This document shows positions 9,905-20,101 of a stretch of DNA of 64,000 nucleotides, piece after piece. The DNA is from Promethearchaeati archaeon SRVP18_Atabeyarchaeia-1 (lineage in GTDB: Archaea; Asgardarchaeota; Atabeyarchaeia; Atabeyarchaeales; Atabeyarchaeaceae). The stretch spans positions 1,440,001-1,504,000 of the forward strand of contig CP147779.1 of NCBI GenBank assembly GCA_037308085.1, given 5' to 3'. Within the stretch, counting starts at the first letter, position 1. Every line of letters begins with the position of its first letter. The notes below the pieces were generated by a model, which was not told the origin of the DNA, searched no databases, and worked only from the letters and a program-made list of their open reading frames with translations. The translations under genes were made by a program, and so were the position numbers.

Positions 9905-10444
9905 ATGGCATATCCCGTAGATTCAACTAGAATTCGACGTGAGATAGCTAGGAACTACGAATCAGATCCTAGGAACTGGCGCCTACTATGGAGCATCGAC
10001 ACGAGAGGACACTACAATCTCCTCGCAGCAAAGGACTCTAGGTTGTGGTGGTTGAAGGAGGAACTCATTAATCCTCTCCTCAGCGTCGGTTGCGGCATTA
10101 GATCTCCACTCGAAGGAGACCTGGAACGAAAAGTCTTCAGCGAGGAGGAGTTCAATCCGTCGTTCGGACTGCGACCAGTACCAGAAGAGCAACTGAAGAG
10201 CATAATCATGAATCTCAAGATGGGAAGAAGTCCAGAGACACCTATTCAGCAAGTACTAAACTCGGAGCCGAGACCTCTCAAGGAACTGGATACTCCCATT
10301 CTTATGCAGGGTCCGCTCTATCATGTGCCCCAACTCGCAGATATGTTGTCTGACAAGCAGAGAGAGTTGGATGCCAAGCTGAATTTGGAGCTCGAGCGTT
10401 TGGTTCTCAAACGTTATCCACAGCTAACGATGTCCTATACCTAG
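9905..10444 (+). CDS. Hypothetical protein
   Basis: Likely start ATG 9905 (MAYPVDS) within track ORF 9716..10444. Globular composition, no motif recognised. Confidence 0.65.
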   Translation: MAYPVDSTRIRREIARNYESDPRNWRLLWSIDTRGHYNLLAAKDSRLWWLKEELINPLLSVGCGIRSPLEGDLERKVFSEEEFNPSFGLRPVPEEQLKSIIMNLKMGRSPETPIQQVLNSEPRPLKELDTPILMQGPLYHVPQLADMLSDKQRELDAKLNLELERLVLKRYPQLTMSYT

Positions 10445-10563
10445 TCTGCTTTTTGCGTATATGACGTCGCCAATCTCAGTTAATAAGAGGACAGAAATGC
10501 TTATGAATTGGGGCACCAACCATTAATCGATTCATCTGTATTGAGTTCTTTGGGTGATATTAA

Positions 10564-11517
10564 ATGCCATTGTCACTGAAAGGAAAAGTTGCCATAGTAA
10601 CCGGTGCCGGAAGAGGTCTGGGAAGAGAGGAGTCGCTGCTCCTCGCAAAGTACGGAGCGAAAATTCTTGTGAATGACATGGGCGGAGCCCATGATGGAAA
10701 GGGCCAATTCAGAGGTCCCGCAGACGACGTGGTGAAAGAGATCAAGGGCATGGGCGGAGAAGCTGCGCCCAACTACGAGAGCGTCACGAGCTTCGAGGGA
10801 GCAAAGAAGATCATAGACCAAGCTGTAAGCACGTTCGGGAAACTAGACATCCTTGTCAACAACGCAGGAATACTCAGGGACAAAATGATATTCAACATGG
10901 AGGAAGAGGACTGGGACTCAGTAGTTGGGGTGCACCTAAAGGGAACCTTCAACTGCACGAGACACGCCTGCAGTTATTGGAGAAACGAGCAAAAAGCTGG
11001 AAAGCCAGTTGCGGGAAGAATAATAAGTACGACATCGGACGCGGGGCTGCTCTATAACCCAGGTCAAAGCAATTACGGTGCAGCAAAAGCGGGCATAGTG
11101 GCATTCACACTCATTGCGGCGAAGGAGATGGAAAAATACGGTGTAACGGCCAATGTGATAGTGCCGCTAGCTAGGACGCGCTTAACGACTGAGGCGACGC
11201 CTTCTCTTGCCCCAATGATGGGAACCAAGGAGTCCTTCGAAAAGAAGTACGGCTACGATGTTTTGGCCCCAGAGATGATGGCTCCGCTGGTCGTCTACTT
11301 GGCATCTGACGATGCCAAGGGAGTATCTGGACAGGTAATGAGGGTAGTAGGCGGCAACCTCTGGCTGATGCAGAGTTGGAAATCAGGTGATGTGCAGAAG
11401 CGTAGCCCGCCGGGAATGTGGAAGCCGGAAGAGATGGGTCCAGTACTGAAACAGATCATGGCAAAAGCCTCGAAGAGAGAGGAACTAGTAGGGGTGCTGA
11501 GCAGCGTTCTCAAGTAG
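10564..11517 (+). CDS. SDR family oxidoreductase (hydroxyacyl-CoA dehydrogenase-like)
   Basis: TGAGRGLG, VNNAGILRD, YGAAK. Confidence 0.9.
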   Translation: MPLSLKGKVAIVTGAGRGLGREESLLLAKYGAKILVNDMGGAHDGKGQFRGPADDVVKEIKGMGGEAAPNYESVTSFEGAKKIIDQAVSTFGKLDILVNNAGILRDKMIFNMEEEDWDSVVGVHLKGTFNCTRHACSYWRNEQKAGKPVAGRIISTTSDAGLLYNPGQSNYGAAKAGIVAFTLIAAKEMEKYGVTANVIVPLARTRLTTEATPSLAPMMGTKESFEKKYGYDVLAPEMMAPLVVYLASDDAKGVSGQVMRVVGGNLWLMQSWKSGDVQKRSPPGMWKPEEMGPVLKQIMAKASKREELVGVLSSVLK

Positions 11518-11621
11518 ACCTTCTCCTCCTCTTTTTGTTATCAGAAAGTCATTTAATCAGGTCTTCTCCAATATTACCTAGCATGCGGTACTGCTGCAAA
11601 TGGTGGAGAGATAGTTTTAGC

Positions 11622-14243
11622 ATGTCTGCTAAGTTCACGAGTGCTTGGCTTGCGCGACGCCATTTTTCTCGAAGAAAACTCAGGAATTCCTTAATAATTG
11701 TCGCTGTGGCACTCTCAGTCGCAATGGTAGTCAGTTCCAGCATCGCATCCCAGAGCATTTCGGCACAAGTTGTGACGAGTGTGCGGAGCGTAGGCGGAGA
11801 CGTAGACCTGTCTATCAGGAAGGTTACAGCTGAACCCTTCAACGACACCATATTCAACTCCGTCGCTAACAATGGTGCGATAACTGCCGAGAACGGATTC
11901 ACAGCTCCGCGATACTCCGGAAAATGCATTCTGTCGGGAACTTACGTTCCTTTGAATCTGGCCAGCGTTGTCGGGGTAGATCCCAGATTGGAAGACAACT
12001 TTGGTTTCTCGAATTCTTCGCTATCCGCCCTGAGCAGCGGTGACAACGTCATAGTCACAGACGACGCTGCTGCTGCCTTAGGCATCAAGAATGGTTATGA
12101 CGTTAGGCTGGGTATCGATCTTCCCAACGGGACAAGTAGATATATCGACCTCACAGTCGCCTCTATAGTGCATGTTGAGGGGAAAGGGTACAATGGTGCA
12201 CTAATGGTCAATATTAGTAGAGTGCAATGGCTTTTCGCATCCCCTCATCAGATTACTGAAATCGTAGTGAAACTTCCCAACGCGGGTAACACGCTTCGAG
12301 TGAGGGATGCGCTAGTTCAATCACTAAGCGGATATGGGGGAATCGAGGTAATTGCCCCGAAGGAAGCACTGATATCCAGCCAACTTAGCCTGGTCAATGC
12401 TTTCGGTCTTGCTCTCGATGCTGTCGCGGGAATAAGCCTAATGTCAGCAGTTATTCTTTCAGCCAATTCTCTTCTCATGGCCGCTAATGAACGAAAGAAA
12501 GAAATGGGAGTGCTTCGAGCGGTGGGCGCTTCGAGAGGATCGCTGTTTAGGATATTCATATTTGAGGGTATGATAATCGGAGTGATTGGCGGGGTAACAG
12601 GTATCCTAGTGGGCATCCTCGTGTCAGCTGGGATGACCACTGTGATCAGCTCCTTCACTGGCTACCAGCCTTCAACTCTCATTATTTCACTCCAGACTAT
12701 TGTGGCAAGCTTTGCGGTCGGCGTGCTCATAGCTACTGTGGGCTCACTATACCCCGCGTTGGTAGCTTCCTTCGCTCCTCCTGCCAAGGCAATGAGACTT
12801 AGGGCAAGAGCTGCTCATGAAAGAAGATCCACGGCGCTTCTGCTCACTCTGGGAACTGCTTTCATTGCATCAGGCGTTTTTGGCGCCCTGACGGCCGCCA
12901 GCTGGATCATGGAGATAGCCACCGTGTTTCTCATAATCGTCGGCAGCTTGCTCACGATCTCAGCTCTGACAAGGCAAGTTGTGCGGATCCTCGGGATTCC
13001 CGCTAAGCCACTTTTGAAAGTCAGTCAACCTGTCACCGTCCGCAATATCGCTAGAAATAGAAGGAGGACATCACTGACAATAGGTGTTGTCTCAATTGGA
13101 TTGACATTCGTGATCTTCGTCGGAGGCATCCAGGGTAGCCTGACTTATGGACTCAACGACTTCCTTTATCGACAGCTCGGAACAGACATAATGATACGCC
13201 CCGCGTCGAGCCTCAACATAACCGATATAGCAGCCTTGGGATCGTTCGAGGGGGTTTCGCAATACTCCTTCTGCGAATTCTACGTGACAACCATCGGACG
13301 CGCCGCCAGTTCAGTGATAGGTTACAACACGACGGCGGTCGTCGGAGTCGAGCCCAACACGTTCGCCTCTGTATCATCAGTTGATCTGAAACCCCCAGGA
13401 CCTACGGACCTAACCTTGGTTATGGGCAAGTTATCCGCCGACAATCACTCAATCGCACTTTCGACTAAACTTGCTGCAGACCTTGGCGTGTCAATAAACG
13501 ACAACGTGACGATCCTGCTCTACAAATCAGTCTTCGCCAACTTCACGGTCGTTGCGCTTTTCTACGGTTCAGGGCTTATCCAGTACGGCGATCTAACCTT
13601 GGACGTAGCTTCGCTGATGAGCTACGAAGCCATGCGCAGCCAATTCAATTTGCCGGAAGCTGTCGGACCAATTCCTAATAGAGCGACATCAGATGGCCTC
13701 ATCTTGGTGAAAACCACCCAAGGGGAAAAGCCAAGTGCCGTAGCAGAGCGCATCAAGACTTCAGGCAAGCTCGGACCAGCGCAAGGCCTCGACATACTGA
13801 CCTCAGAGTCCATTACCCAAGCTTTTGCCATCGCAAGCGGGGAAATCGTCCTGCTGTTTCAAATGCTCTTGATCGTATCCATAGTAATCGCTCTACTAGG
13901 GCTCTCAACCACAATGTTTATGTCAATCATGGAAAGACGGCGTGAGATAGGAATACTAAGAGCAATCGGAATGAACAAAAGTGAAGCGCTTCGTGGAGTA
14001 TTGGGAGAAGCGCTGATACTAGGGCTGGGTGGGCTCCTGCTTGGCTTCATCGACGCCCTGCTGCTGACTTGGATCTTCCTAACCGCGATATCCACCTTCG
14101 GCTTCTATCTGCCATTTGTCTTCCCACTACAAGGAACCATCATCGCGATTTCCCTTACCTTGGTTATCAGCCTGCTAAGCGGAGCTTATCCAGCACGAGT
14201 GACATCGAAACTCAAGATAGTGGACGCGCTGAGATACGAATAG
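11622..14243 (+). CDS. ABC-3 (MacB/FtsX-like) permease with duplicated halves
   Basis: Two ERxxE(M/I)G.LRA.G motifs, two extracellular domains, C-terminal ALRYE. Start probably ATG 11622. Confidence 0.85.
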   Translation: MSAKFTSAWLARRHFSRRKLRNSLIIVAVALSVAMVVSSSIASQSISAQVVTSVRSVGGDVDLSIRKVTAEPFNDTIFNSVANNGAITAENGFTAPRYSGKCILSGTYVPLNLASVVGVDPRLEDNFGFSNSSLSALSSGDNVIVTDDAAAALGIKNGYDVRLGIDLPNGTSRYIDLTVASIVHVEGKGYNGALMVNISRVQWLFASPHQITEIVVKLPNAGNTLRVRDALVQSLSGYGGIEVIAPKEALISSQLSLVNAFGLALDAVAGISLMSAVILSANSLLMAANERKKEMGVLRAVGASRGSLFRIFIFEGMIIGVIGGVTGILVGILVSAGMTTVISSFTGYQPSTLIISLQTIVASFAVGVLIATVGSLYPALVASFAPPAKAMRLRARAAHERRSTALLLTLGTAFIASGVFGALTAASWIMEIATVFLIIVGSLLTISALTRQVVRILGIPAKPLLKVSQPVTVRNIARNRRRTSLTIGVVSIGLTFVIFVGGIQGSLTYGLNDFLYRQLGTDIMIRPASSLNITDIAALGSFEGVSQYSFCEFYVTTIGRAASSVIGYNTTAVVGVEPNTFASVSSVDLKPPGPTDLTLVMGKLSADNHSIALSTKLAADLGVSINDNVTILLYKSVFANFTVVALFYGSGLIQYGDLTLDVASLMSYEAMRSQFNLPEAVGPIPNRATSDGLILVKTTQGEKPSAVAERIKTSGKLGPAQGLDILTSESITQAFAIASGEIVLLFQMLLIVSIVIALLGLSTTMFMSIMERRREIGILRAIGMNKSEALRGVLGEALILGLGGLLLGFIDALLLTWIFLTAISTFGFYLPFVFPLQGTIIAISLTLVISLLSGAYPARVTSKLKIVDALRYE

Positions 14244-14332
14244 CAGAACGGTACTAGAATCCTAGTAACACATATTTAGTAGATGAAGGAGAATAGAATA
14301 AGACAGCATCAAATTGGCTATCATCTTGGGAG

Positions 14333-15400
14333 ATGAGTTCCATGTCTTGGAAGGCACTCATAGTAGCGCCGTTTAGTAATGAGGGTCTCACTTTGCTGAA
14401 GAAGTATATGACAGTCACCTATGAGAATTGGAAAGAAACCAACAAGCTCTATACCGACTCAAGAGAGCTGGCCGAAAGAATTCAGCGTGGCAAATTCAAT
14501 ATCATCATTTGCGAGGGTGACAACGTTGATGAAGAGCTAATCAACAAGTGTGACCTGAAAATCATAGCATGCTGTAGGGCCAACCCCATCAACATTGATG
14601 TCGACGCAGCTACGAAGAGGAATGTACCAGTGATCTATACTCCCGCAAGAAACGCCGACTCAGTCGCCGACCTAACAATAGGTCTAATGATCGCACAGGC
14701 TCGGCACATGACGCTGGCCGACAGACTGCTAAGATCTGGACAGATCAAGGTTGAAACCGAGGAAGAAATGATAAAGTCACTGGAGCGCTTTAGTGGAGTG
14801 GAGCTTGGGCTCAGAACAGTGGGAATCATAGGGTTTGGCGCGATCGGTTACCGCGTCGCCAAAAGGCTAAGAGGTTTTGGGTCCAAGATACTCGTATACG
14901 ATCCCTTCATCGAGGCAGGTGACCCTAGGCCTAGAGAAGTCGGAGCTACAGTTGTCACGAAACTTGATACGCTCATGAAAGAGTCGGACTTCGTAACCCT
15001 TCACGTCGCGGCGTTGCCCGAGACAGACAAACTAATCTCAAGAGAACTGATAGGCATGATGAAATCAACATCCTACTTCATTAACACGTCCCGCGGGTTC
15101 TGCGTCGACGAGGATGCACTCTTCGAATCATTGAAGGAGAAGCGAATAGCAGGCGCTGGTCTTGATGTCTTCGTAGCCGAACCAGTTGAATCGACAAACA
15201 GGTTCCTGGATCTTGACAACGTCACAGTCACTCCGCACATAGGCGGGGACACGGTGGATGTGGTCATGCACCACTCAGAGATGATCGCGACCGACATAGA
15301 ACGCATCATCAAAGGAAAGAAGCCCAACTACTTGAAGAATCCTGATGTGCTAAGTGCAGGCAAGATCAAGAAGGGCAAACCTGCAAGGCGAAAGAAGTAG
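14333..15400 (+). CDS. D-isomer-specific 2-hydroxyacid dehydrogenase
   Basis: GIIGFGAIG, INTSRG, LDVFVAEP, TPHIGG. Confidence 0.9.
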   Translation: MSSMSWKALIVAPFSNEGLTLLKKYMTVTYENWKETNKLYTDSRELAERIQRGKFNIIICEGDNVDEELINKCDLKIIACCRANPINIDVDAATKRNVPVIYTPARNADSVADLTIGLMIAQARHMTLADRLLRSGQIKVETEEEMIKSLERFSGVELGLRTVGIIGFGAIGYRVAKRLRGFGSKILVYDPFIEAGDPRPREVGATVVTKLDTLMKESDFVTLHVAALPETDKLISRELIGMMKSTSYFINTSRGFCVDEDALFESLKEKRIAGAGLDVFVAEPVESTNRFLDLDNVTVTPHIGGDTVDVVMHHSEMIATDIERIIKGKKPNYLKNPDVLSAGKIKKGKPARRKK

Positions 15401-15434
15401 AACGAGGAAGAATAGGAAAAGGCGGACTATTGGT

Positions 15435-16979
15435 TTGTCAGACGAGTATCTAATTGGCATAGACTTTGGCACGAGTGGCGGGAAGTGCCTTATTACGGAT
15501 CTCAAGGGAAACGAGAAAGCAAGAACATTCAAAGAATGGTGGTATAGCTCCCCGGAAGAGATCAGACCTTACGCGAAAGAGTTCAACGCAAACGATTTCT
15601 GGCGCTTCATCTCGGAGGCCGTAAGGGAGACACTTCGCAAAGCAAAGGTGCCGGCTGGCAAGGTTGTAGGTGTAAGCTCAAGTAGCCTCCGCCAGGGCAT
15701 AGTTCTACTAGATGCCGATGGAGAAGAGCTTTACGCTGGACCGAATATCGACGCCAGAGGTGCGCTGGCCCAGGACAAGATCTTGAACACGCTAGGGGAC
15801 CAAGGTATTTTCGACATAACTGGGCAGGGACCAACAGTGATTTGCGCCCCGGCGCGGCTGCTATGGTTTAAGGAGAACAAGCCCGAGGTCTACAAGAAAG
15901 TCAGTCACATGCTGATGGTGAACGATTGGGTACTATACAGGCTGAGCGGAGTATACGCGTCCGAGCATTCCTGTGCCTCATCCTCCGCGTTCTTGGATGT
16001 GGAGAAGCGGGAGTGGTCAGCAAAAGTATGCCAGGAGCTTGAGCTACCAAGTGAGATACTAGCCGACCTCTATCGCTCGGGCGAAAAGATAGGAGCGGTG
16101 ACTATGCAAGCATCAAAGGAGACAGGGCTTGCAGAAGGCACTGCCGTAGTGACTGGCGGCGGAGATTCCATGCTGGGGCTCCTCGGCACAGCTGCAGTGG
16201 ACGACTATGATACAACCGTAATCGGTGGGACGACCTCAATGCTACAGACTGTCCTCTCAACCCCCTTGGTCGACTCAGAGAGACGGATACCCACGAGTTG
16301 CCATGTAATCCCCGGAAAATGGGTCATCGAAGCAAACGCAGGCATGACTGGAAAAGTCTACAACTGGCTGAGACTGGCACTGAGCAAAGCATTGGCTACT
16401 GGGAAAACGTCAGATCGAAGCCAAGAATTAGATTTCAAACAGATGGATGAACTCGCTGGACAAATACCGCCTGGCTCCGACAACATGTATGCGATTCTTG
16501 GATCAGAGATCATGGATCTAAAGAAGATCGAGACAATAAGACCGGGCATGTTCCTATTTCCGCCACCAGCGAATCCGATGACAGTCACTCCAACGGATGC
16601 CAGACACATGATTAGGGCGACGATAGAGAACATGGCATGCGCCCTTCACGGAAACAAGCTTGTGATAGAAGAAGTCATAAAACGGAAAATCAAGAAGGTT
16701 AAGGCTACTGGCGGGTTGTCAAAGGGGAGAATCTGGGTTCAAACCCTTGCCGACGTCTCAGGGATTCCTGTTGAAACCTTCAGGCTAAAAGAGGGAAGTC
16801 TACTGGGCTGCGCAATATGCGCCGCTACCGGAATAGGAGAATACGGGAGCTTGGAGGAAGCCGCCAAGAACATGGTTCAGCTCGAAGCAACGCTGGAACC
16901 TAACAAGGAAGTTCGCGAAGTCTATGAAGGATACTTTGATAGATGGAGAGAACTCTATGACAAGATAGTAGGCTTCTAG
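15435..16979 (+). CDS. FGGY-family carbohydrate kinase (LsrK/YoaC-like)
   Basis: GIDFGTSGGK, RQGIVLLD, NIDAR, GGGD, GG.S motifs. Start probably TTG 15435. Confidence 0.85.
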   Translation: MSDEYLIGIDFGTSGGKCLITDLKGNEKARTFKEWWYSSPEEIRPYAKEFNANDFWRFISEAVRETLRKAKVPAGKVVGVSSSSLRQGIVLLDADGEELYAGPNIDARGALAQDKILNTLGDQGIFDITGQGPTVICAPARLLWFKENKPEVYKKVSHMLMVNDWVLYRLSGVYASEHSCASSSAFLDVEKREWSAKVCQELELPSEILADLYRSGEKIGAVTMQASKETGLAEGTAVVTGGGDSMLGLLGTAAVDDYDTTVIGGTTSMLQTVLSTPLVDSERRIPTSCHVIPGKWVIEANAGMTGKVYNWLRLALSKALATGKTSDRSQELDFKQMDELAGQIPPGSDNMYAILGSEIMDLKKIETIRPGMFLFPPPANPMTVTPTDARHMIRATIENMACALHGNKLVIEEVIKRKIKKVKATGGLSKGRIWVQTLADVSGIPVETFRLKEGSLLGCAICAATGIGEYGSLEEAAKNMVQLEATLEPNKEVREVYEGYFDRWRELYDKIVGF

Positions 16980-17089
16980 ATCTGGGGTCGCGCCAACCTA
17001 CTTCTTTCTTCAGCTTGGAGAAACTAGCAAAGCTTTTGTACTAATAGACAACATAGGCTGCAATCAAAATAGAATTCTTTTGGATGTGA

Positions 17090-18349
17090 GTGTTTACGAG
17101 CAAAGGAACACAGGTCTACGGTTACCGTTGGGCTATCCTGCTTGCTTTTGCCGCAATAAATGCAATCGGGGGCATAGTCTACATCATCTTCTCACCGCTT
17201 GCCGACCAAGTTCTTACTCCATTCTATGCTGGCGAACACATATCCAGTTTTCTAATTGGTTTTCTCACCTTGGTCAACCCGCTCATGTATGTTTTCCTAG
17301 CGCTCCCCTTCGGGATACTTGCTGACAAGAAGGGTTGGAAGATAACGGTCGGAATAGGAGCAATTCTGATGGCGGTGTTCTGTGTTCTAAGGATATTCGC
17401 GCTTGATATGGGATTTATGTGGATGTTGATCGCGCAGACAGGATTCTCGTTCGGCGGTCCGCCCGTATTGGCTTCGGTTCAGAAAATGGTTGTGAAATGG
17501 TTCCCGGTTAAGGAAAGAACGGTAGCAAGTGGACTCGGAATACTTACCACCTTCCTTGGACTTATGCTTGGGTCATTTCTGTCACCGAAACTCTTCTACA
17601 TGTTTGCAGCATCGCCTACCGACTACTATGGTGGATTAAAAGGGACGCTAACAATCGACGGGATAATAATCGTAATTGGCGCAGCCATATTCTTCGCAAT
17701 AGCCAGAGAGGCTCCAGCCAAACCGCCTGCGATCGAGGAGAAGGTCACTTTGAAGATGGGGGGGATGCTCAGAACTAGAGATCTCTGGCTGCTTGCAGCG
17801 GGATTCTTTGCAGGGTTTGGGATCTACTTCGCACTACTGACTTGGACATCATACATCCTCGGAGCGATCGGAATAACAAGTGCAGGTGACGTGGGACTCG
17901 TGCAAGCGTGCATGACGCTCGGAGGAATATTCGGATGCATAGTAATTCCTAGAGTGTCTGACGCGTTTGGACGAAGGAAGCCATTTCTGGTAATGGCAGG
18001 ACTGTTCGCTGCGGTATTCTCGTACATCATTGGGACAGTTGGTGTGCTTCTGGTTTCAGTGATTTCTGCGTTGTTCCTGGGATTCTTCGTCATATCAGTG
18101 CTACCTATCGCTCTATCGATGCTGGGGGAGATGAAGACTATTGGTCCAATGTTAGTGGGTGCTGCATCGGGACTAACAATGACTATTGGTTACATTGGAG
18201 CGGTTGGCATCGGGATGACCGCACTGATCCTCTCCGCGCCAGGGAACTGGTACACTAGCATACTCTTCCTAGTCATACTCGGACTGGCAGGAACCATGAT
18301 AATGGCACTAGTCAAGGAAACCGGCACTGCAGCTCAGAAGAAGAAGTAG
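17090..18349 (+). CDS. MFS transporter
   Basis: About 12 TM segments. Motif A GILADKKG / SDAFGRRK, WFPVKER. Confidence 0.9.
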   Translation: MFTSKGTQVYGYRWAILLAFAAINAIGGIVYIIFSPLADQVLTPFYAGEHISSFLIGFLTLVNPLMYVFLALPFGILADKKGWKITVGIGAILMAVFCVLRIFALDMGFMWMLIAQTGFSFGGPPVLASVQKMVVKWFPVKERTVASGLGILTTFLGLMLGSFLSPKLFYMFAASPTDYYGGLKGTLTIDGIIIVIGAAIFFAIAREAPAKPPAIEEKVTLKMGGMLRTRDLWLLAAGFFAGFGIYFALLTWTSYILGAIGITSAGDVGLVQACMTLGGIFGCIVIPRVSDAFGRRKPFLVMAGLFAAVFSYIIGTVGVLLVSVISALFLGFFVISVLPIALSMLGEMKTIGPMLVGAASGLTMTIGYIGAVGIGMTALILSAPGNWYTSILFLVILGLAGTMIMALVKETGTAAQKKK

Positions 18350-18435
18350 ACATGAGGATTGAAGTGCGTGTGGCGACGAAGGCTGACGTATAGAAACTGA
18401 GTAGCTACTTTTCTTTCCCCTTTTTTTTCGGGGTA

Positions 18436-18903
18436 TCAAGGCTTTGTGCGGACTTTCCCGATCAGCTTCGATAAATGCCCTTCTATTTTCCTTGCTGTCT
18501 CTAAGTACTCTTCTTCGGTTCCTCCGTAAGGATCTCTGATGTCACCTGCTTCATTGTCGCCCACATATTCACTCAAAGTGTAAGTTCTGTCAGGTGATGC
18601 CCATCCGTAATAGATTGCGCGTTCTTTCTGTTCCCTGCTCATGGTCAGAATTAGGTCGGCCTTGATGCCCTCTTCCCTGTTCAATTCTCTGGGAACGTGT
18701 TTTGAAACATCAATCCCATATTTGTCCTTCATGACTTTGTCGGTGTAGAAGCCCGTTGTGAAGTGTCTGACATCTAATCCTCGAGAACACACTTGAACGC
18801 CTTGTACATTAAGTTCCCTCAGCATCTTCCTGAACATGTACTCGGCGATAACACTTCGACAGCTATTCCCCTCGCACACGAAGAAGATTCTCAAACAAGG
18901 CAA
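18436..18903 (-). CDS. Low-molecular-weight protein tyrosine/arginine phosphatase
   Basis: VCEGNSCRS (CX5R) and DPYGG. Confidence 0.9.
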   Translation of the reverse strand: MPCLRIFFVCEGNSCRSVIAEYMFRKMLRELNVQGVQVCSRGLDVRHFTTGFYTDKVMKDKYGIDVSKHVPRELNREEGIKADLILTMSREQKERAIYYGWASPDRTYTLSEYVGDNEAGDIRDPYGGTEEEYLETARKIEGHLSKLIGKVRTKP

Positions 18904-19027
18904 TTCTCCTATGCATATAGACTAAATGTCGAAGGCTGAGGTTTGTGTGCTCAGGTCTGAAAGCTCGGACCTAAATTACTGTTGCTGACGTCCACGCGTC
19001 CTCATACTGGTTCTGACTTCACTTAGT

Positions 19028-19729
19028 CTAGCGGCTCCATTCTCCATCTCTCAGATACGGATATACACTCTTCTGCATTTCAACGGTTTCCTCAGGCAGC
19101 AATGTCGGTTTTCCGATACTTAATGCTGTGACATAGATCTTGGCGATGTGCTCAACTATTTCAGCTGCTTCGAGTGTCTTTTCCACGTTCTTGCCCGTGC
19201 ACAATACTCCGTGGTTCGCTAGAAGCACGGCGCTCTTTTCGCCAAGCCCCTTAACGGCGTTGGCTGCCAGTTCATCCGAGCCTGGCATGCCATACTCGGC
19301 CATCTCTATCGTGCCCCCGAGGAATGGCACCATCTCGTCGATGAAAGCTGGTATTGACATCCTGTTTACTGCTAAAGCGCTGGCGTATGCGGAGTGCGTA
19401 TGGATCACCGCGCCGACATCCGGTCTCGCCTTATAGACAGCAAGGTGCATCCTGTTCTCGCTGGATGGGTTTCTTATTCCGCTTACGACTTTCCCATTGA
19501 AGTCCACGACCAGCAGGTCTCCGACCTGGGTTTTGTGATGACCAAAGTGGCTGGGTGTGATTATGAATTGTTCGCGGTTAGGGATTCTCGCGCTGATGTT
19601 GCCCGCTCTTTTGCCCACTAGACCGCTAGTGTATATGGCTCTGCAAGTCTCAACTATCTTCTTCTTTATTTCCGCTATTGTAGCATCCGACTTCTTACTC
19701 ATTCTTGGATTCTCAACTCCTTCTCTCAC
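19028..19729 (-). CDS. Class II aldolase/adducin family (fuculose-1-P aldolase-like)
   Basis: GNISAR, PSSE..MH, HTHS, LANHG. Start may be the downstream MSKK. Confidence 0.9.
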   Translation of the reverse strand: MREGVENPRMSKKSDATIAEIKKKIVETCRAIYTSGLVGKRAGNISARIPNREQFIITPSHFGHHKTQVGDLLVVDFNGKVVSGIRNPSSENRMHLAVYKARPDVGAVIHTHSAYASALAVNRMSIPAFIDEMVPFLGGTIEMAEYGMPGSDELAANAVKGLGEKSAVLLANHGVLCTGKNVEKTLEAAEIVEHIAKIYVTALSIGKPTLLPEETVEMQKSVYPYLRDGEWSR

Positions 19730-19981
19730 GGTAGAGTGCTTACTAGGAGTCTTATCATCATCAGAGTTATTCTACTTCCCTAAAAGATTTAGCGTGTTTG
19801 TCGGATTTCTGTCGAGGTTTCTTGTGAATCACCCTGAGATCGGCCCCTATTCTGTTAGGTTTAAGAAGCTCTCTGGTTTTTTGTCCTGGACGATCCGAGG
19901 TATTGCGCGGACTCTATAATAACTAGGATTCTTTTGGCGCTAACTCTTTCGCCGAAAAGTGTGGAAAAAGCACTCGTAACA

Positions 19982-20083
19982 GCAACTGTGGATGCACAGT
20001 TGCCCAAGCAGGGGATCATCTTGTTCATAATAAGGTTTTAAAGACGGGTTGAGTCAAACTACGTTTTGGATTACGTTTAATCC
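19982..20083 (+). promoter_or_regulatory. Hydrogenase operon promoter with flanking inverted repeats
   Basis: GCAACTGTG-gatg-CACAGTTGC (19982-20003), TTTTAAAG box (~20036-20043), GGATTA-cgtt-TAATCC (20068-20083), then GGAG RBS. Confidence 0.5.
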
Positions 20084-20101
20084 TAGGAGTGAGAACTGAA
20101 T

